From contig NC_058368.1 of NCBI RefSeq assembly GCF_018350175.1, positions 168,518,001 through 168,582,000 on the forward strand: 64,000 nucleotides of DNA. The letters are read 5' to 3'. The stretch is from Felis catus (lineage: Eukaryota). The translations under genes were made by a program, and so were the position numbers. The notes below the pieces were generated by a model. That model was not told the origin of the DNA and ran no database searches. It saw only the letters and a list, made by a program, of their open reading frames with translations. Below are positions 1 through 12,470 of the stretch, in pieces; positions within the stretch are counted from its first letter, which is position 1, and each line of letters begins with the position of its first letter.

Positions 1-929
1 AAGCTGCTTACCAAGACAAACATAAATTGAGGGTTTTTTTTTTTTTTTCCTCACTTAACTGTAAAGCAGCTCTTCAAGGGGATGGAGCCTATGGCAGTGA
101 GGGAAAGAAAGGCCTGGATTTCAGTCCTAAGATTTCTTTTGAATTCAAAGTCTGGTTCCATAAGTTGTATTTATGTGACATCAAGGTAACTATTTTAACT
201 TAAGGGGAAAAAAGTGGGTCTTTGGCATCACATAGACAAGAGATTCAAGGCGTTGGATTGGATTTTTCGTGTTTAACCAGTCAGTTAACATTTATAGAAA
301 GAGCCCCTCTTCTGCCAGACTATGGTGTAGTTACTTTCCTCTTCCAGAGAGGAGCTAAAAATCATTCAGAAGATCAACTGGCAGGTATTATATAAACACC
401 AAATGCAACTAAAACATTCATTTCAAATAGGGCTGTAGTAAAACCAACAAGGCTCAAAGAATTGCAGTACTCTGAAGGAGAAAGCAATACAAAAGCCTCA
501 GAAATACTGATATTATTAGTGAAATAAATCCACAATATTGAATTTGAGAAAAATACATCCCAAACACCAAAACAATGGTGACACCAACAAAAGAACAACA
601 AAATCTCTATGTCAAAGGAAGCACCTAGTATTAAAGTAAATAAAATTCCTTTCTGTAACCAGAAGGACTACTGCTTCCCACACGTTCAAACTAAAGTGCT
701 TTTATGCTGCAAAATTATAGTTTACAGTGGCATGTGTGGTTAAGGAAGTAGCAGTCAAAATGTCTACCTATCTGCTGGAAGAAACTAAAGCCATGTGTAA
801 TGTAGAAAGGATAAACTATTTCCTGTTACTTTCCTCAGGACATAAAGTCAACTCAACTCAACAAGTATTGACTTCATTTCTATGTAGGAAGCCCCCTCCT
901 TTTTAGTTTGATTTAATTCACTTGAGTTT

Positions 930-1250
930 ATTGTGCATCTAATGTGGGTCACTGGTGAAGGATGTTAAGTGTTTAATGGCACAGAAGACTCCGTGGCAGT
1001 GGGGGGATTCAAATGGGGGCAAGACCCTATGGGGCTGAAGGGCAGAAAAGACATCAGATGGGAGTTAACATCTGAAAGAGACCTTAAAAGATTGGACTGG
1101 TGGAGATAGATGGCTGCAGTGTTCCAAATAGAACAGCACAAGCAAAAGCACAAATATGTAAAATCATTATACTTTGAAGGAAGACCAATAGTTTAGCATA
1201 GCTGTAGAAGAGGAGGAGAAAACATTCAAAAGGATAAGTGGAAGCTGCAT
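930..1250 (-). mobile_element. L2 LINE fragment
   Basis: Degenerate purine-rich antisense L2 3' region (acatctgaaagagaccttaaaagattgg...gaacagcacaagcaaaagc). Confidence 0.5.
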
Positions 1251-1266
1251 TGGTCAGAATTCTTTA

Positions 1267-1500
1267 ATTTTTTTATTTTTATGTTTAATTTTTTTAAATG
1301 TTTCATTTATTTTTGAGACAGATAGAGACAGAGCGTGAGCAGGGAAGGGGCAGAGAGAGAGGGAGACATAGAATTTGAAGCAGGCTCCAGGCTCTGAGCT
1401 GTCAGCATAGCGCCCGACATAGGGCTTGAACTCACAAACTGTGAGATCATGACCTGAGCCGAAGTCGGACGCTTAACCCACTGAGCCACCCAGGCGCCCC
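1267..1500 (-). mobile_element. Can-SINE (SINEC_Fc-type), full length
   Basis: tRNA-derived head ending caggcgcccc, (GA)n segment, T-rich tail; 16-bp TSD tggtcagaattcttta at 1251 and 1501. Confidence 0.97.
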
Positions 1501-1519
1501 TGGTCAGAATTCTTTAGAT

Positions 1520-2017
1520 TGAAGGTCACTGCAGCATAAATAAAACCGGACAAACTCAGAAAGACATGCACTGTCCCACATCACTGGAGAGGCCAGGGGA
1601 TGCTCTGGCTTCAATCAAAGCTAGATCCAGGGACTCCCATCTTGCTCTCTAAATGCCACTTCTTTTCTCTCTGTTGACTTCATTATCATGTTATGCTTGT
1701 TAACTCCTGGCAGCTCCAATCTTTTATCATTGTTACTCCTAGCAGTGTCAACACAAAATGAGTTTCTCTTTCTCAAATGTTTAGGCAAAAGCCTCAGAAT
1801 AGAGACTCATTGTTCCAATTTAAGTTATTTCTGCCTCTCCCAGAACTATTTACTGTGTTTTGGAGGATAAGTCACATGTCCACTTCTAGAGCCAAGAAGA
1901 GGGATCAGTGCCAACCAAACCATATGGATTAGGGAGGAGGGAAACCCCAAAGGAAACTTAAAGGCATCTACCAAAAAAGAACTGCCTATTGGGTAGGAAA
2001 AATTACAGATGTCCTAT
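1520..2017 (-). mobile_element. MaLR LTR (old MLT1J/K/L-like)
   Basis: Antisense MLT1-like motifs (ctggcttcaatcaaagctagatccaggg; gtcacatgtccact; gggtaggaaaaattacagatgtcc). Confidence 0.55.
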
Positions 2018-2019
2018 CT

Positions 2020-2760
2020 TGGGGCCATATTTTGGGGGCTCTGAAACCGGTCTGAAGAACATGCACCTGATTCAGCAATGGAGGGCCCCTACACGTTTTT
2101 ATGCAGAAAAGCACCAGGATTAGAGCTGTTCCAGAATGAGCTGTTCACAGGATGGAGGGCAAGGAAGAGTTAGGAGTGACTGCAAGTGAGATGAGAGATG
2201 AGAGGAGCCAGTGGTAAATGTCTGAAGAAAATAAGGGTATGAACTAGAAATGTGGCCCTGATGTTCGAAAGGCAGTGGATTCAAGAGACATTTTTAAGTC
2301 ATACCAATTGGTTATTGGCTTCATTCTTTGGAAGAGAAAATGAGGTATCGAAGATAACTGTTGTTTTCAAACCTAGTCAACTGGAGAAACAGGGGTGTCA
2401 GGAGGAGAACTTATCTGGGAATGAATCTAGTTTAGCTTGTCAGTGCTGAGTTTGAGGATAAGTGGTGCTCCCAGTAGAGATTTTATTGGGCATCTGGGAA
2501 GCGAAGTCTCAGCAAAATGCAGAAGCAGAGCCAAGTCCAAACTTTGGGAAGCACCAAGGTAATCCCAGGAGGCAGAAAGGAGAGAATAGGCAAGAGCATT
2601 CATGAAGCAGGGAGTGAGCAGTCTCTCTGGTTTCTTGTGTGGTTTCATTGGAAGTTTCAGTGGAAGTCTCAGAGTACTGGGGGAGAGGGTTATGAGCTCA
2701 GGTGTACAGGGCAGCTGGGAAGATAGGTGATGAAAAGGAAATGGTGCCATCTGGGAGAGA
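2020..2760 (-). mobile_element. L2 LINE fragments
   Basis: Antisense L2 motifs (gttaggagtgactgc, agtttagcttgtcagtgctgagtttgagg). Confidence 0.55.
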
Positions 2761-4589
2761 GGCAAAAGGCAGGACTTTCTCCCTGTCCATTTGCTGCAGA
2801 TTAGAGTCAAAGTCTATTTCCTCCTTCTCTTTTAAATATTGTGGCATCTCACCAAAAGGAGTGAAGCAGGAGGATGTGGATAGCCACCATATCCTTGCAG
2901 AGGACCAGGAGGTCTGCGTATGCTACCGTGGGGACCATGCACAGCAATGTAGATTCCTCATTCCTACAGTGGGACCAGGCCAGCACCAAGTGCATGTGTA
3001 GGAACGAGTCTTTAATGAATCTTGCTGTTTTGAAAAGGCTGTTCATCTGTCAGCCTGACCAAAATAAATAGGCAGAACGAAAAGAAAGCCCTAAAGAAAG
3101 CCCTTCTCTTTGGCACTCTGATCATAGCTGAAGCTGACGTTCCACAGAATGTAATGATTTATTCAATCGGAAGATGACTGGCTTCAGGGCAACAGGGGGA
3201 TTTTCTTCTGTAAGAATTTCTGTCATGGCCTTTTTTGACCCTTCACCCTGGTGATTGAAATTTAAAAGTAAAATGAATGCCTTTGCCATGAGTTATTGAG
3301 TTTTCCTACCCTGCATTTAGCATAGCTTGCTGTTTGGGGGGAAATGGGATAAAGGGCTCTGTTCAGTCAAATGTCTGAACTAATGATCTCCCCAAGCATC
3401 TTGGATTTAGATGGCGAATTTTAGGATGTAGAGAACATGGGTGTTTTGAATAAGGGATACGGCTTTACTGGGGCTGGTTAGAGAAAGAGAAGCGTATCGG
3501 CAAATTGATGATGAAACTTTAGTGAGGAAGGCATTTACAGTTGGAAGGGTGATTTTAGGCTATTCCAGGGAACTAGACAACCTCGGTTTCCAAGTCCCCT
3601 CTGCTCGTGTCGACCTGGTTTCAGGAAACTAATGCACAGAAACACCAGCCCTGACCTTACCAAACAGGCAGTAGAAAGACAATGAACTGTCTTGGATTTG
3701 CCAAAACAAGTGGTGATTTAATTGAAAAAGAATGGATATCAATTAGATCATGGGGCAGACAAGGCCAAAAGGAACGATAAGACAGTTCTTCATTTCCCTG
3801 AAATTGCTTTAGTGATAGTTTTTATATTTAAACCAAAAATTTCCAAGATCTTTTTTTCTTAATGATAGTCATGTGAACTACAGGAAAGGCCACATCAGAA
3901 AGTCGGAGAGAATGAATGTGTGTTGTAATAATCTGTAGTGGACAAAAACCTATGCACTCAGGACCAGCCTGTGGTTGGCATTATGTTTTTCAAGCTAGAA
4001 GTTCTCCATGAAGTCATCAGCATCAGTGACAAGGCAACTTAAAGACAGTGAGGCTAGAAATAGAGATGTCCATGTTAAACAGCCTGGACAAACAGGAGAA
4101 TTCAGAGAACGGTGTCTGATTGGAGCTAGGAACACCTTTTTCTAAAATGGCTGCTTGAACCGCACTGACTACAGCAGCCTCACACTAGAAGGATAAAGAG
4201 AGCTGAGAACTTTCTAAAATTCTTCTATCCACTAAGCATACCCACTGTGTATCAAGTGCCAAGGGACTGTTCATAGAAGCAAGGCATTTAAGAGGTTAAC
4301 AAGTGAAAAACAAATACATGAATACTTATAGTGTAACACATAATATGGTAAATTTCATAAGCATACAAAAATCTCACAGCGAGCTCTCTGGCAATCTTCA
4401 GGACCCACTGAGCTGATGAGTGACTGCCTGGCAAATCAAGATGTGACTCCAGTATCCAACAAACATTAATTCGGCAGTACCTGCTAGGAAGTAAGTTCTA
4501 CGGGGCAGGGCATTTTGCCTGTTTGGTACACTAGTATTGCTAGTTACAGTAAGGACAAAGACAGCAACAATAGCCGTTCCTCCTCATTG

Positions 4590-4790
4590 AGGGCCTGTTA
4601 TGGCCAGCACTGTGGTACAAAGTTTACAAATATTAGCTCATTTAGTCTTTCACCAGCCTTATGAAATAGATATTTCTGAGGCAGTTGCGAATTGGGTTGG
4701 AAAATCAGCTTGCCTAAAGTCACACACAGAGAAGCAAAGATGAGAGCTGAGCCAGACATTGAAGAACAGGTAAAAGGGCAGGGAGGGGGC
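4590..4790 (-). mobile_element. MIR SINE
   Basis: MIR core motifs (ttagctcatttagtcttcaccagccttatgaa; cttgcctaaagtcacaca). Confidence 0.6.
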
Positions 4791-4927
4791 TGAGCAGTAA
4801 GAAATATGGAAGAAAAGTATAAGATTAGCTTGATGCAAGTCACGGGGCAAGTCATGGTTTGGCAGCCAAGTCCATATAAGAGAATCATAGGTAACAGAGA
4901 ATGTTCCTGCTGGAGAGCATCTGGTCT

Positions 4928-5062
4928 AAGATTTCTCACACTTTAATGTATATACAAATCACGTGTGCATCATTTTAAAATGTAGACTCTGAATTTAGCA
5001 CTTCCAACAAGCTTCCAGGTGATATGATGCCCCTGGTCTAAGGCTTCAGTTTGAGTAGGAAG
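4928..5062. mobile_element. MER5-like hAT-Charlie MITE, internally deleted
   Basis: tttctcacactttaatgt...aaaatgtagactctga...aacaagcttccaggtgat...tttgagtag. Confidence 0.6.
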
Positions 5063-5915
5063 AGTCATCCATTGGTCTCAAATGCTGATCTAAGAACCAA
5101 GGCTTAACAGTGTATACAGTCCATGGTGAAATGAAAACAGTAAAAGTAATAAGCTCAACTTTTTATATAGTTAATTCTATTCAGTTTTTTCTTGTTATTT
5201 ATGTTGTTTACTTTATTTGCCACACAATTCTATTAAAATAGACTATATGAATATCAGAATTAATCAGTCATGGACTCAAACTCTGGCAACCCTATGTCAG
5301 TCTTCAATTTTTTTTTTCCAAAACACCTAGGAACCACTGATCGAATCAAAACTCTCATTTTATAGATTCGGTAACTGAGACCTAGAGTAGCAAAGTGCTT
5401 TCCAATTAAAAGAAGGTGCAGGCTGAGAGTCTTCTGGCCCTAAAAGGCAAAAGCTAAGGCTACAAAAGTAGGTACATTAAAATACCCTGCAGACAGCAAT
5501 ACCTGTCGCATGGAGAAACCTAGATTTAATCATGCAAGCAAAGGCAGGTTGTTGAATATTTGGATAAGGGGAAGTGACATAGTGAAAATTATGACTTAGG
5601 GCAACTGATCTGACAACAAAGTATAGCCTAAGTGCCTAGAGGCAAGGAGATGAATTCAGAATCTAATGTCTGGTTACCTCAATCTATAAAATAGAATCTA
5701 AGATGCCATCAGTTATAAGAAGCACTTATGTACCCCAAAGAAAGAAAGGTTCCTACTAATAAAATTGTAACAAAATGATTTATCATTTTGGAACTTTATT
5801 TTATGTGTATTTAATTGCTCTTGTGTACTTACTTGGACATTGTTTTCATTTTTATCATATGTTATTCTTGAGCATTTATAAAAGTAAACTCTGAGCCAAA
5901 TGGATTGAGCAAGGC

Positions 5916-6697
5916 CATGGTTCCCGTAACATGTACCAATCCTCCTCAAGGAACTCACAGTATTATAGGATATTTTACATTTTTAAGGGAAGCACAGTGA
6001 TACTTCGACATCTGTTAGACATGGTACCAACTATGAGCTTGAGACTATTGGCAATTTTAATATTAGCTCAGGCTACATCCCTTTTGATGACATTGTATTT
6101 TGTGAAGGTGGGTTATTGGCAATCGCTGTGAGAAAAAAGCAAGTACTAAACTTTCAGTTATGAAATATATTAGTCATGGGGATGTAATGTACAGCATGGT
6201 AACTATAGTTAATAATACTGTATTGCATATTTGAAAGTTTTCTAAGAGAGTAGATCTTAAAAGTCCTCATCACAAGGAAAAAATATATAACTATGGTGAT
6301 GGATACTAACTAGACTTATTGTGGTGATCATTTTGCAATATATATAAATATCAAATCATTATGCTGTGCACCTGAAAATAATATAATGTATGTCAATTAT
6401 ACTTACTTAAAAAAAAGCACATAATGCAAAAATAATGTGGAACAGGAAATGAGGGTGGCAGTGTCCAATCTAATTCCAAGGATTTAGAGTTGTGCAGTAC
6501 CCAAAAGCATTACCCCGTTAGAAGGTAATTCCAGTTATTTAGGAAGGAAAAAATATATATCATTTTTTCAAATTTTCAAATGGCTGCTAAATTGTTGGAC
6601 CTAAGTAATTAATAATTGGAACTATTGGCCTTGGCATGCTGTGAACAAGTACTGAGACCCTCGTAAGGCTGAAACCAAGAAAATTTGTGAATCTCTG
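5916..6697 (+). mobile_element. hAT-Charlie non-autonomous element (MER20B-like) with residual transposase C-terminus, interrupted by an L1
   Basis: Termini catggttccc and tgtgaatctctg; 6434-6481 translates NVEQEMRVAVSNLIPR, typical of the Charlie hATC tail. Confidence 0.65.
6148..6410 (+). mobile_element. L1 3' UTR fragment (L1MA9/L1_Carn-like)
   Basis: gtcatggggatgtaatgtacagcatggtaactatagttaataatactgtattg...tgtcaattatac plus A tail; degenerate TSD aaaaaagca. Confidence 0.9.
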
Positions 6698-7730
6698 GGT
6701 TAGGATGTTCGTAAAACTTCTTCACATTCATAGTGCAACTCTTCTGGATCGCTGTGATTCAGAGTAGTCTGCACCCATGTTTTATCTACACATTATTAGC
6801 CTCTGTGCCAGTAGATGCATTGGTGATGCATCATCTTCTAAAAAGTGCTCCACTCGAGTCTCTGCAAGTTTTTTCAAGCCCTATTCATTCTCAAAATGTT
6901 GTTTCTGGAAGACATCTTAGGATGTTTAATAGAAGTATTTAGATAATAATCAGGACTCATATTCCTTCCTTAAACAATCTGTTAGGAGCTAGCAGTTGAG
7001 AACAGTGATTTCCATTCATACCATCGGGAAAAATATGTCAGACTGAGCTAGCAAGTCAAGGACAAACATACCACAACTGCTATCTGGCCAATAGCAATTG
7101 TTAGTTGCCAGTGTGTAAAACCTATTTCACTTGCAAATATGTTACAATGTGAAAAAAGATAGATGTATCAAGAAACCAACAAAATGTATTGATATCTATC
7201 TCACATTGCTATGAGAGTTGAGGTAATAATGTGAAAAGATGATTTATAAACCATAAAGCACCACCGGTAGAATTTTGATGAGGCACCAGGTGATAGGACT
7301 TGGACACGGGTATTGAAAGCGGCTGTAGACAAAGGGCTACGAGGTTGAGGCACTGAAATAGAATCAATGGGATTTAAAAATCAGAACACAAAGTGGCTTG
7401 TTGAGGAAGTCTCAACTCAAGAAGACTGGCCTATACGTGCTTGGTGAGGTACGATGAGAAATGTATAGGCAATCTGTTGGTCCTTTTTATCATATCCCAT
7501 TCCACAGTTAGGGCCATAGACTCAAGTTATATGCTTCTGATCCTGATGTTTATTCAATGGTAAAATCTAGAGTCCTTGGTAAAATTATGATGGAAGGGAA
7601 GAAAGCGTTCTAGATACTTTTAGTAAATCGTTTATATATTTCACTTTTGAAAAGCAGTTTAATTTGTAGTTAAGTTATAAATTCACTCATTTTGGTAGAA
7701 GCAGACCTGAATTACAAGTTCCAACTATAC

Positions 7731-7958
7731 TTTAAAAAAAAAAACTTTTTTTTTAATGTTTTTAAATTTATTTTTGAGACAGAAACAGAGCATGAGCAGG
7801 GGAGGGGCAGAGAGAGAGGGAGGCACAGAATCCAAAGCAGGCTCTAGCCTCAGAGCTTTCAGCACAGAGCCCCACGCGGGGCTCAAACTCATGAGCTGTG
7901 AGATCATGATCTGAGCTGAAGTCGGTTGCTCAACCGACTAATCCACCCAGGTGCCCCC
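7731..7958 (-). mobile_element. Can-SINE, full length
   Basis: Canonical antisense body ending ccaggtgcccc. Confidence 0.95.
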
Positions 7959-7960
7959 CC

Positions 7961-8055
7961 TTTTTTTTTTAATTAAAAAAAATTTTTTTTTTTAATTTAT
8001 TTTTGAGACAGAGAGAGACAGAGCATGAGCAGGGGAAGGCAGAGAGAGCCGAGGA
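7961..8055 (-). mobile_element. Can-SINE, 5'-truncated (tail and GA segment only)
   Basis: tttatttttgagacagagagagacagagcatgagcagggg then breaks off. Confidence 0.85.
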
Positions 8056-8064
8056 TACCTTTTT

Positions 8065-8215
8065 TTAGTGGTATGACCTTGGACCTCCAAGCCTCCGTTT
8101 CCCTATCTCATAAAAAAGAAATAATTATAATAGCAATCCATAGGGTTGTAATGGGATCGAATGAGATAAAGCATACGTCACAGTGCTTGGCTTACATTTA
8201 GTATTTAAATGTCAA
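8065..8215 (+). mobile_element. MIR SINE
   Basis: tgaccttgg...gcctccgtttccctatct...gggttgtaatgggatcgaatgagataa. Confidence 0.7.
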
Positions 8216-8369
8216 AAAGACAAAGATATTTTAGTTCTTTTGCCAATTAATAAACAGATGCAAATGTGTATCATATGTAAGGTCTTTCTGTTGATTCCAT
8301 CTTCACCAGTTTGCTATAGTCTTTGCTGCTGTCATGTTTTTTTTTTTTTTTTTTTCAACTCAGAATCCT

Positions 8370-8850
8370 TCTAACTGGAAATCTTGTTTCCACTCTTGAC
8401 CCACTGGAATCTGTTCTCCACCCTCATTTCTAAATGTTCTTCCAATTCTGTCACCACTCAGTTTAAAATCCTTCCAACGGTTTCCAACTTCACTGAGAAT
8501 AAAACTGAAATTCAGTACCTAGATTTTCCAAGTCTGATGTTCCACTTCACCTCCTAACCATATCACTTCTCTCCAACCATGTTGATCTGCCTTCTGTTCC
8601 TTCACCACACCAAGCCTATTCCTACTGTAGGGACTTGTATGTTCCCTGTGCATAGCACTTTTCACTCTGTGATATTTTTCTTGTTCATCAGTTTATTTAA
8701 CAGCCATGTTTTCTCCATCTACCCTCAGCCCCATCCTTCAGAATGTACACTCCATGACAGAAGACATTGTCTTGTCCTTTGCTATATATCCAGTGCCTAA
8801 AGCACTATCTGGCACGTACCAAGGATTCTATAAATAATTGTTTAATCATA
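8370..8850 (+). mobile_element. L2 LINE 3' fragment
   Basis: tttaaaatccttccaacgg...ccagtgcctaaagcactatctggcac...ataaataattg, L2 3' end. Confidence 0.65.
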
Positions 8851-9349
8851 AATGAACACATATAAATTAAACATCTGCATATACCATTGTATATATTTAC
8901 CCTTTTTATATACATTTCTTAAGAGACAATATTCTATAAGCAGTAAATAACAGCATAGATTACAACTTATATCTGGTAGTAAAAGATTGAAAGAGTCCTG
9001 CCCAGATACTGACAGACTGAATTTACACAAAGCCAAGGAAATGATGTCTTATTGTCATTTCCTTTTGTTTTAAAAGTGTTCAGTAACCAAGAGCTCACTG
9101 TAGTGTTTTTCCTTTTATATCTAGGAGGCCTTCTGGTTCTAGTTCCTGAAAGATTTCCTTGTCAGTTCATTTGAGCAAACAATATATTGCAAAGATTGAC
9201 TTTCTATGGCAATTTGAATCCCTTATAGTTACTTGATTCTTCTAGTATTCAACAAATAAGCTATTCTAAGATACCAGACTAGAGTGTGCTCTGAATAGCC
9301 ATCAAATGGAGGAGACGTTTGTCTCTCTATGTATCTATACACGTATGGG

Positions 9350-9351
<2 letters not shown>

Positions 9352-9396
<45 letters not shown>
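9352..9396. repeat. (CT)n microsatellite
   Basis: Direct inspection. Confidence 0.98.
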
Positions 9397-9399
<3 letters not shown>

Positions 9400-9700
9400 A
9401 TTTCCTCTATTTGTTGTTGGTAGAGAAATTTTCAATTTACAATAGAAATGTATGTCTTTGAATTCTTTACTCACAAAGCTGGCAAAAACTGTGAGCCAAA
9501 CACATTCATTCCAGTATAAAGAACCAGTCTCTTTTAAGTACTCAGCAGTAACAGCTTATAAATCTGTCTGCATAATCGTAGTTATTCAAGGAAAATCTGT
9601 AACTTAATTACTGGGAAAGTACAGCAGAAGGAAATGGTCCTCAAACTCTGAATCAGTGTAAAAAGATTCTGTTTGATTTATTTAAATTAAAATGTTTATT

Positions 9701-9913
9701 GGGGCGCCTGGGTGGCTCAGTCGGTTCAGCGTCTGACTTGAGCTCAGGTCATGGTCTCATGGTTTGTGAGTTTGAGCCCCATGTCGGGCTCTGTGTTGAC
9801 AGCTCAAAGCCTGGAGCCTGCTTCAGATTCTATGTCTCCCTCTCTCTCAGCCCCTCCCCCACTCACACTCTGTCTCTCTCTCAAAAATAAATAAACATTA
9901 AAAAAAATTTTTA
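9701..9913 (+). mobile_element. Can-SINE, full length
   Basis: ggggcgcctgggtggctcagtcgg head; degenerate TSD taaatt..atgtttatt. Confidence 0.96.
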
Positions 9914-10399
9914 ATAAATTCAGATGTTTATTGAACAACTACTATTACTAGTGGTAATAAGACTAGACACAGGAAATTACTCAGCAAATATTGGCTTTCC
10001 CCTCAGTTTCTTGGTTCCTCCTATGATTCTGGGGACTTGTCTTCAAAGGTACTGTAACTCAACTCAGACATATACTGAGGCTGGTAAAGGTGGGGGCAGC
10101 AGCCCAATTGGACAGTGTGCTGTGCCCAGCATTGGACAGGACATTTCATATACATAAAATCTCATTTTCATCCTTGTAGGTAGGTATTTTATTCCTATTT
10201 ACCAAAATAGGAGATGGAGTTACTGAGAGATTAAATAGATTGCCCTCTAATATGCGGTAGACACAGAATGCCAGTTAAATTCTGGTCATTCATAGCTACA
10301 TTCATTTCACTCAAAACACTTTATCGATCACCTTGAACTCCTGAAGCTGAGGATTCAAACAAACAGGACATGCTCCAAATGTTCAAAGAGCTTTTACCT

Positions 10400-11000
10400 A
10401 ATGTGGGATAAAACATACAAAACAAGTAACTTTTAAAAAGTGAAAATATTATAACAGAGGTATGCTTGGTAGGACAAAAGAGAAGAAATGTATGACTTTG
10501 CAAGTGTTAAGTGACGGTGAGTGATAGTGAAGACTTCCCCAGGATGTGATAACAGATGAGTCTTGAAAAAACACAGAAGCACCCATGGGGCAATGTACAA
10601 GAGGAGGAGAATGAGGAGATGAGGCATTATGGGAGTGAGAGGGGAGGAAGGCAGTCTGGGTTTTGGGAACTGCAAATGCTAGGTCCGGAGGGCTTTAGGG
10701 GACAGCAGGTCTTCCCATTTGGTCTGGAATGTGAGTGTGTGATGGCGGTGGCAGAAGATGAGCCTGAAGAAGGGAGTAAACGTGTGGCAGGAGGGGCTTG
10801 TGTCAAGATAAGGAGTTCAGACCTTACCTTTAGGTAATGGGGGCCCAATGAAAGATACCATTCTCAGAATGGTATTACCTAAAGGTCCCCTATCAGTGGT
10901 ATGGAAAAAAGAGTAGAAAGAAACCTATTCAAGGAGGCAGGGAGACCTGCTGTCTTGGCAAGAGAGACTAAGGTTTTGAATCAAAGTCTCAGTAATGCAC
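10400..11000 (-). mobile_element. L2 LINE fragment
   Basis: Antisense L2 (agatgagcctgaagaagg...ggagttcagaccttacc...gggcccaatgaaag...gaggcagggagacc). Confidence 0.6.
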
Positions 11001-11669
11001 CTATCTGGTTACTTTCCACTGTCCCATTTAGCTTGGTGTGCTCTTTGAGGAATCTTTGACCCTTTGACACTGTTAACCAACTTCAAGGACAGGAGACCCT
11101 GTTCATAGTCAGTGTCTGGCACTCACTAGTTTATTCAGTCCTCCAGTTGGATTTTATGTAGGTTGTTGTCCCAGTGATGTTGACCTCACAAGGTCCTGAA
11201 ATTAGCCCATTAGTCACTCCTTGCTTTGAGCTAAGGAGACTCCTATTAAAGTACCTCAGACTCCCTGGGAGGAACGCAGCATTGCCAGCCATTAATGCCC
11301 TGCCTTTAATTGCTTCACCACATTAATTGGGTGTCTCCCCAGCAGGGCCCTAATCAAAGGGGGGCATAAGAGGTAAATGTTGATAAAGTGATGGACTAAA
11401 TGAGATTCAAAGCATTTGGCACAAGCTGGGGAGAAAGAACTGTGCTTAGCAAACTGGGCAGAAGTGAAGCATCAAATACATGGAAGGAAAAAGTCAAGAA
11501 AGAAAGAGGAGCAAAGAGCTTTAAATATGAAGGAGGCCAGACGGGCTCATCAGGAAAGGAACCCACTTAGGATATCCCTTTCACCATCTATGACAGGTCA
11601 TCTGTCCTAAAGAGAGACCATCACCTGAGATGGGAATGTAGACTAATCAATGTCATTCCTTCCTTCATT

Positions 11670-11900
11670 TCATCCAGCTCTTACAATGTGCTGAGCAGCG
11701 TACTGAATGCTTTCTACACATTTTCTCACCCAGGCTTTACTACCATGCAATGAGCTAGGCTTACTGTTTCCAAGTTTCCCAGGAGGAGACTGAGGCTCAG
11801 AGAGCTTAAGTAAATTGCCCACAGTCATTCAGCTGAGTAGCAGAGTCAGAATTTGAGTCTAGATGTATCTGGTTCCCAAGTCTTAACCGGTAATTCACCT
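11670..11900 (-). mobile_element. MIR SINE
   Basis: gaggagactgaggctcagagagcttaagtaaattgcccacagtcattcagct. Confidence 0.75.
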
Positions 11901-12239
11901 GCTTCACCAATCCAGCAATCACTACCTTGACTGTTCTGAATGGTGTGGGTTCAGCCTATAGAGGTAGCCTGACCTTTAGGAGTCATTGGATGCATTTTAA
12001 AAGATTCCAGCCCCAAACCAGCTCCCATTTACATCAAATTTAGACACTTTACTACATCCTTACCATAGCACAGAGCTGCACTCCATGGCTTATCAGAAAA
12101 CTCATCCCTGCAGTTTGAGTACTAACAGAGGAGTTTACATCCCCCCCCCCCCAAAAACTGCTGGATTCTTGCAGCAGTAAGTCATAGAGTTGGTATTACA
12201 ACTCAGGTCTGTGTGACCTTAAAGCAAAGGCATGTCCAC

Positions 12240-12470
12240 TTTATGACTCTCAGGAGATGATGCTTGCACTGAACTTGAAGCATGGGTCATAGAGGTAAAG
12301 AGGAAAAGCTGCAGGCAGAGGCAATACCATAGGCAAAGGTGTGTAGGCATGATGCAGCAAAAATTGCTTGGAGAATGGTGAGGAGCTTAAGGTGCTTGTG
12401 GGGTGGGAGAAGACAGATAGACAGCAGGAGATGAGAATGGAAAGGCCATTTGGGATGACATTGGAAAGGT
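12240..12470 (-). mobile_element. L2 LINE fragment
   Basis: caggcagaggcaataccataggcaaaggtgtgtaggc...ggagatgagaatggaaagg. Confidence 0.55.

Noticed and set aside
1307..1489. Recurrent MAQSVKRPT.../GQRETEHE... peptides in the ORF track
   Set aside because: Chance open frames in SINE consensus sequence
3425..3480. KGYGF RNP1-like peptide
   Set aside because: Bounded by stops, poor splice acceptor, no remaining RRM
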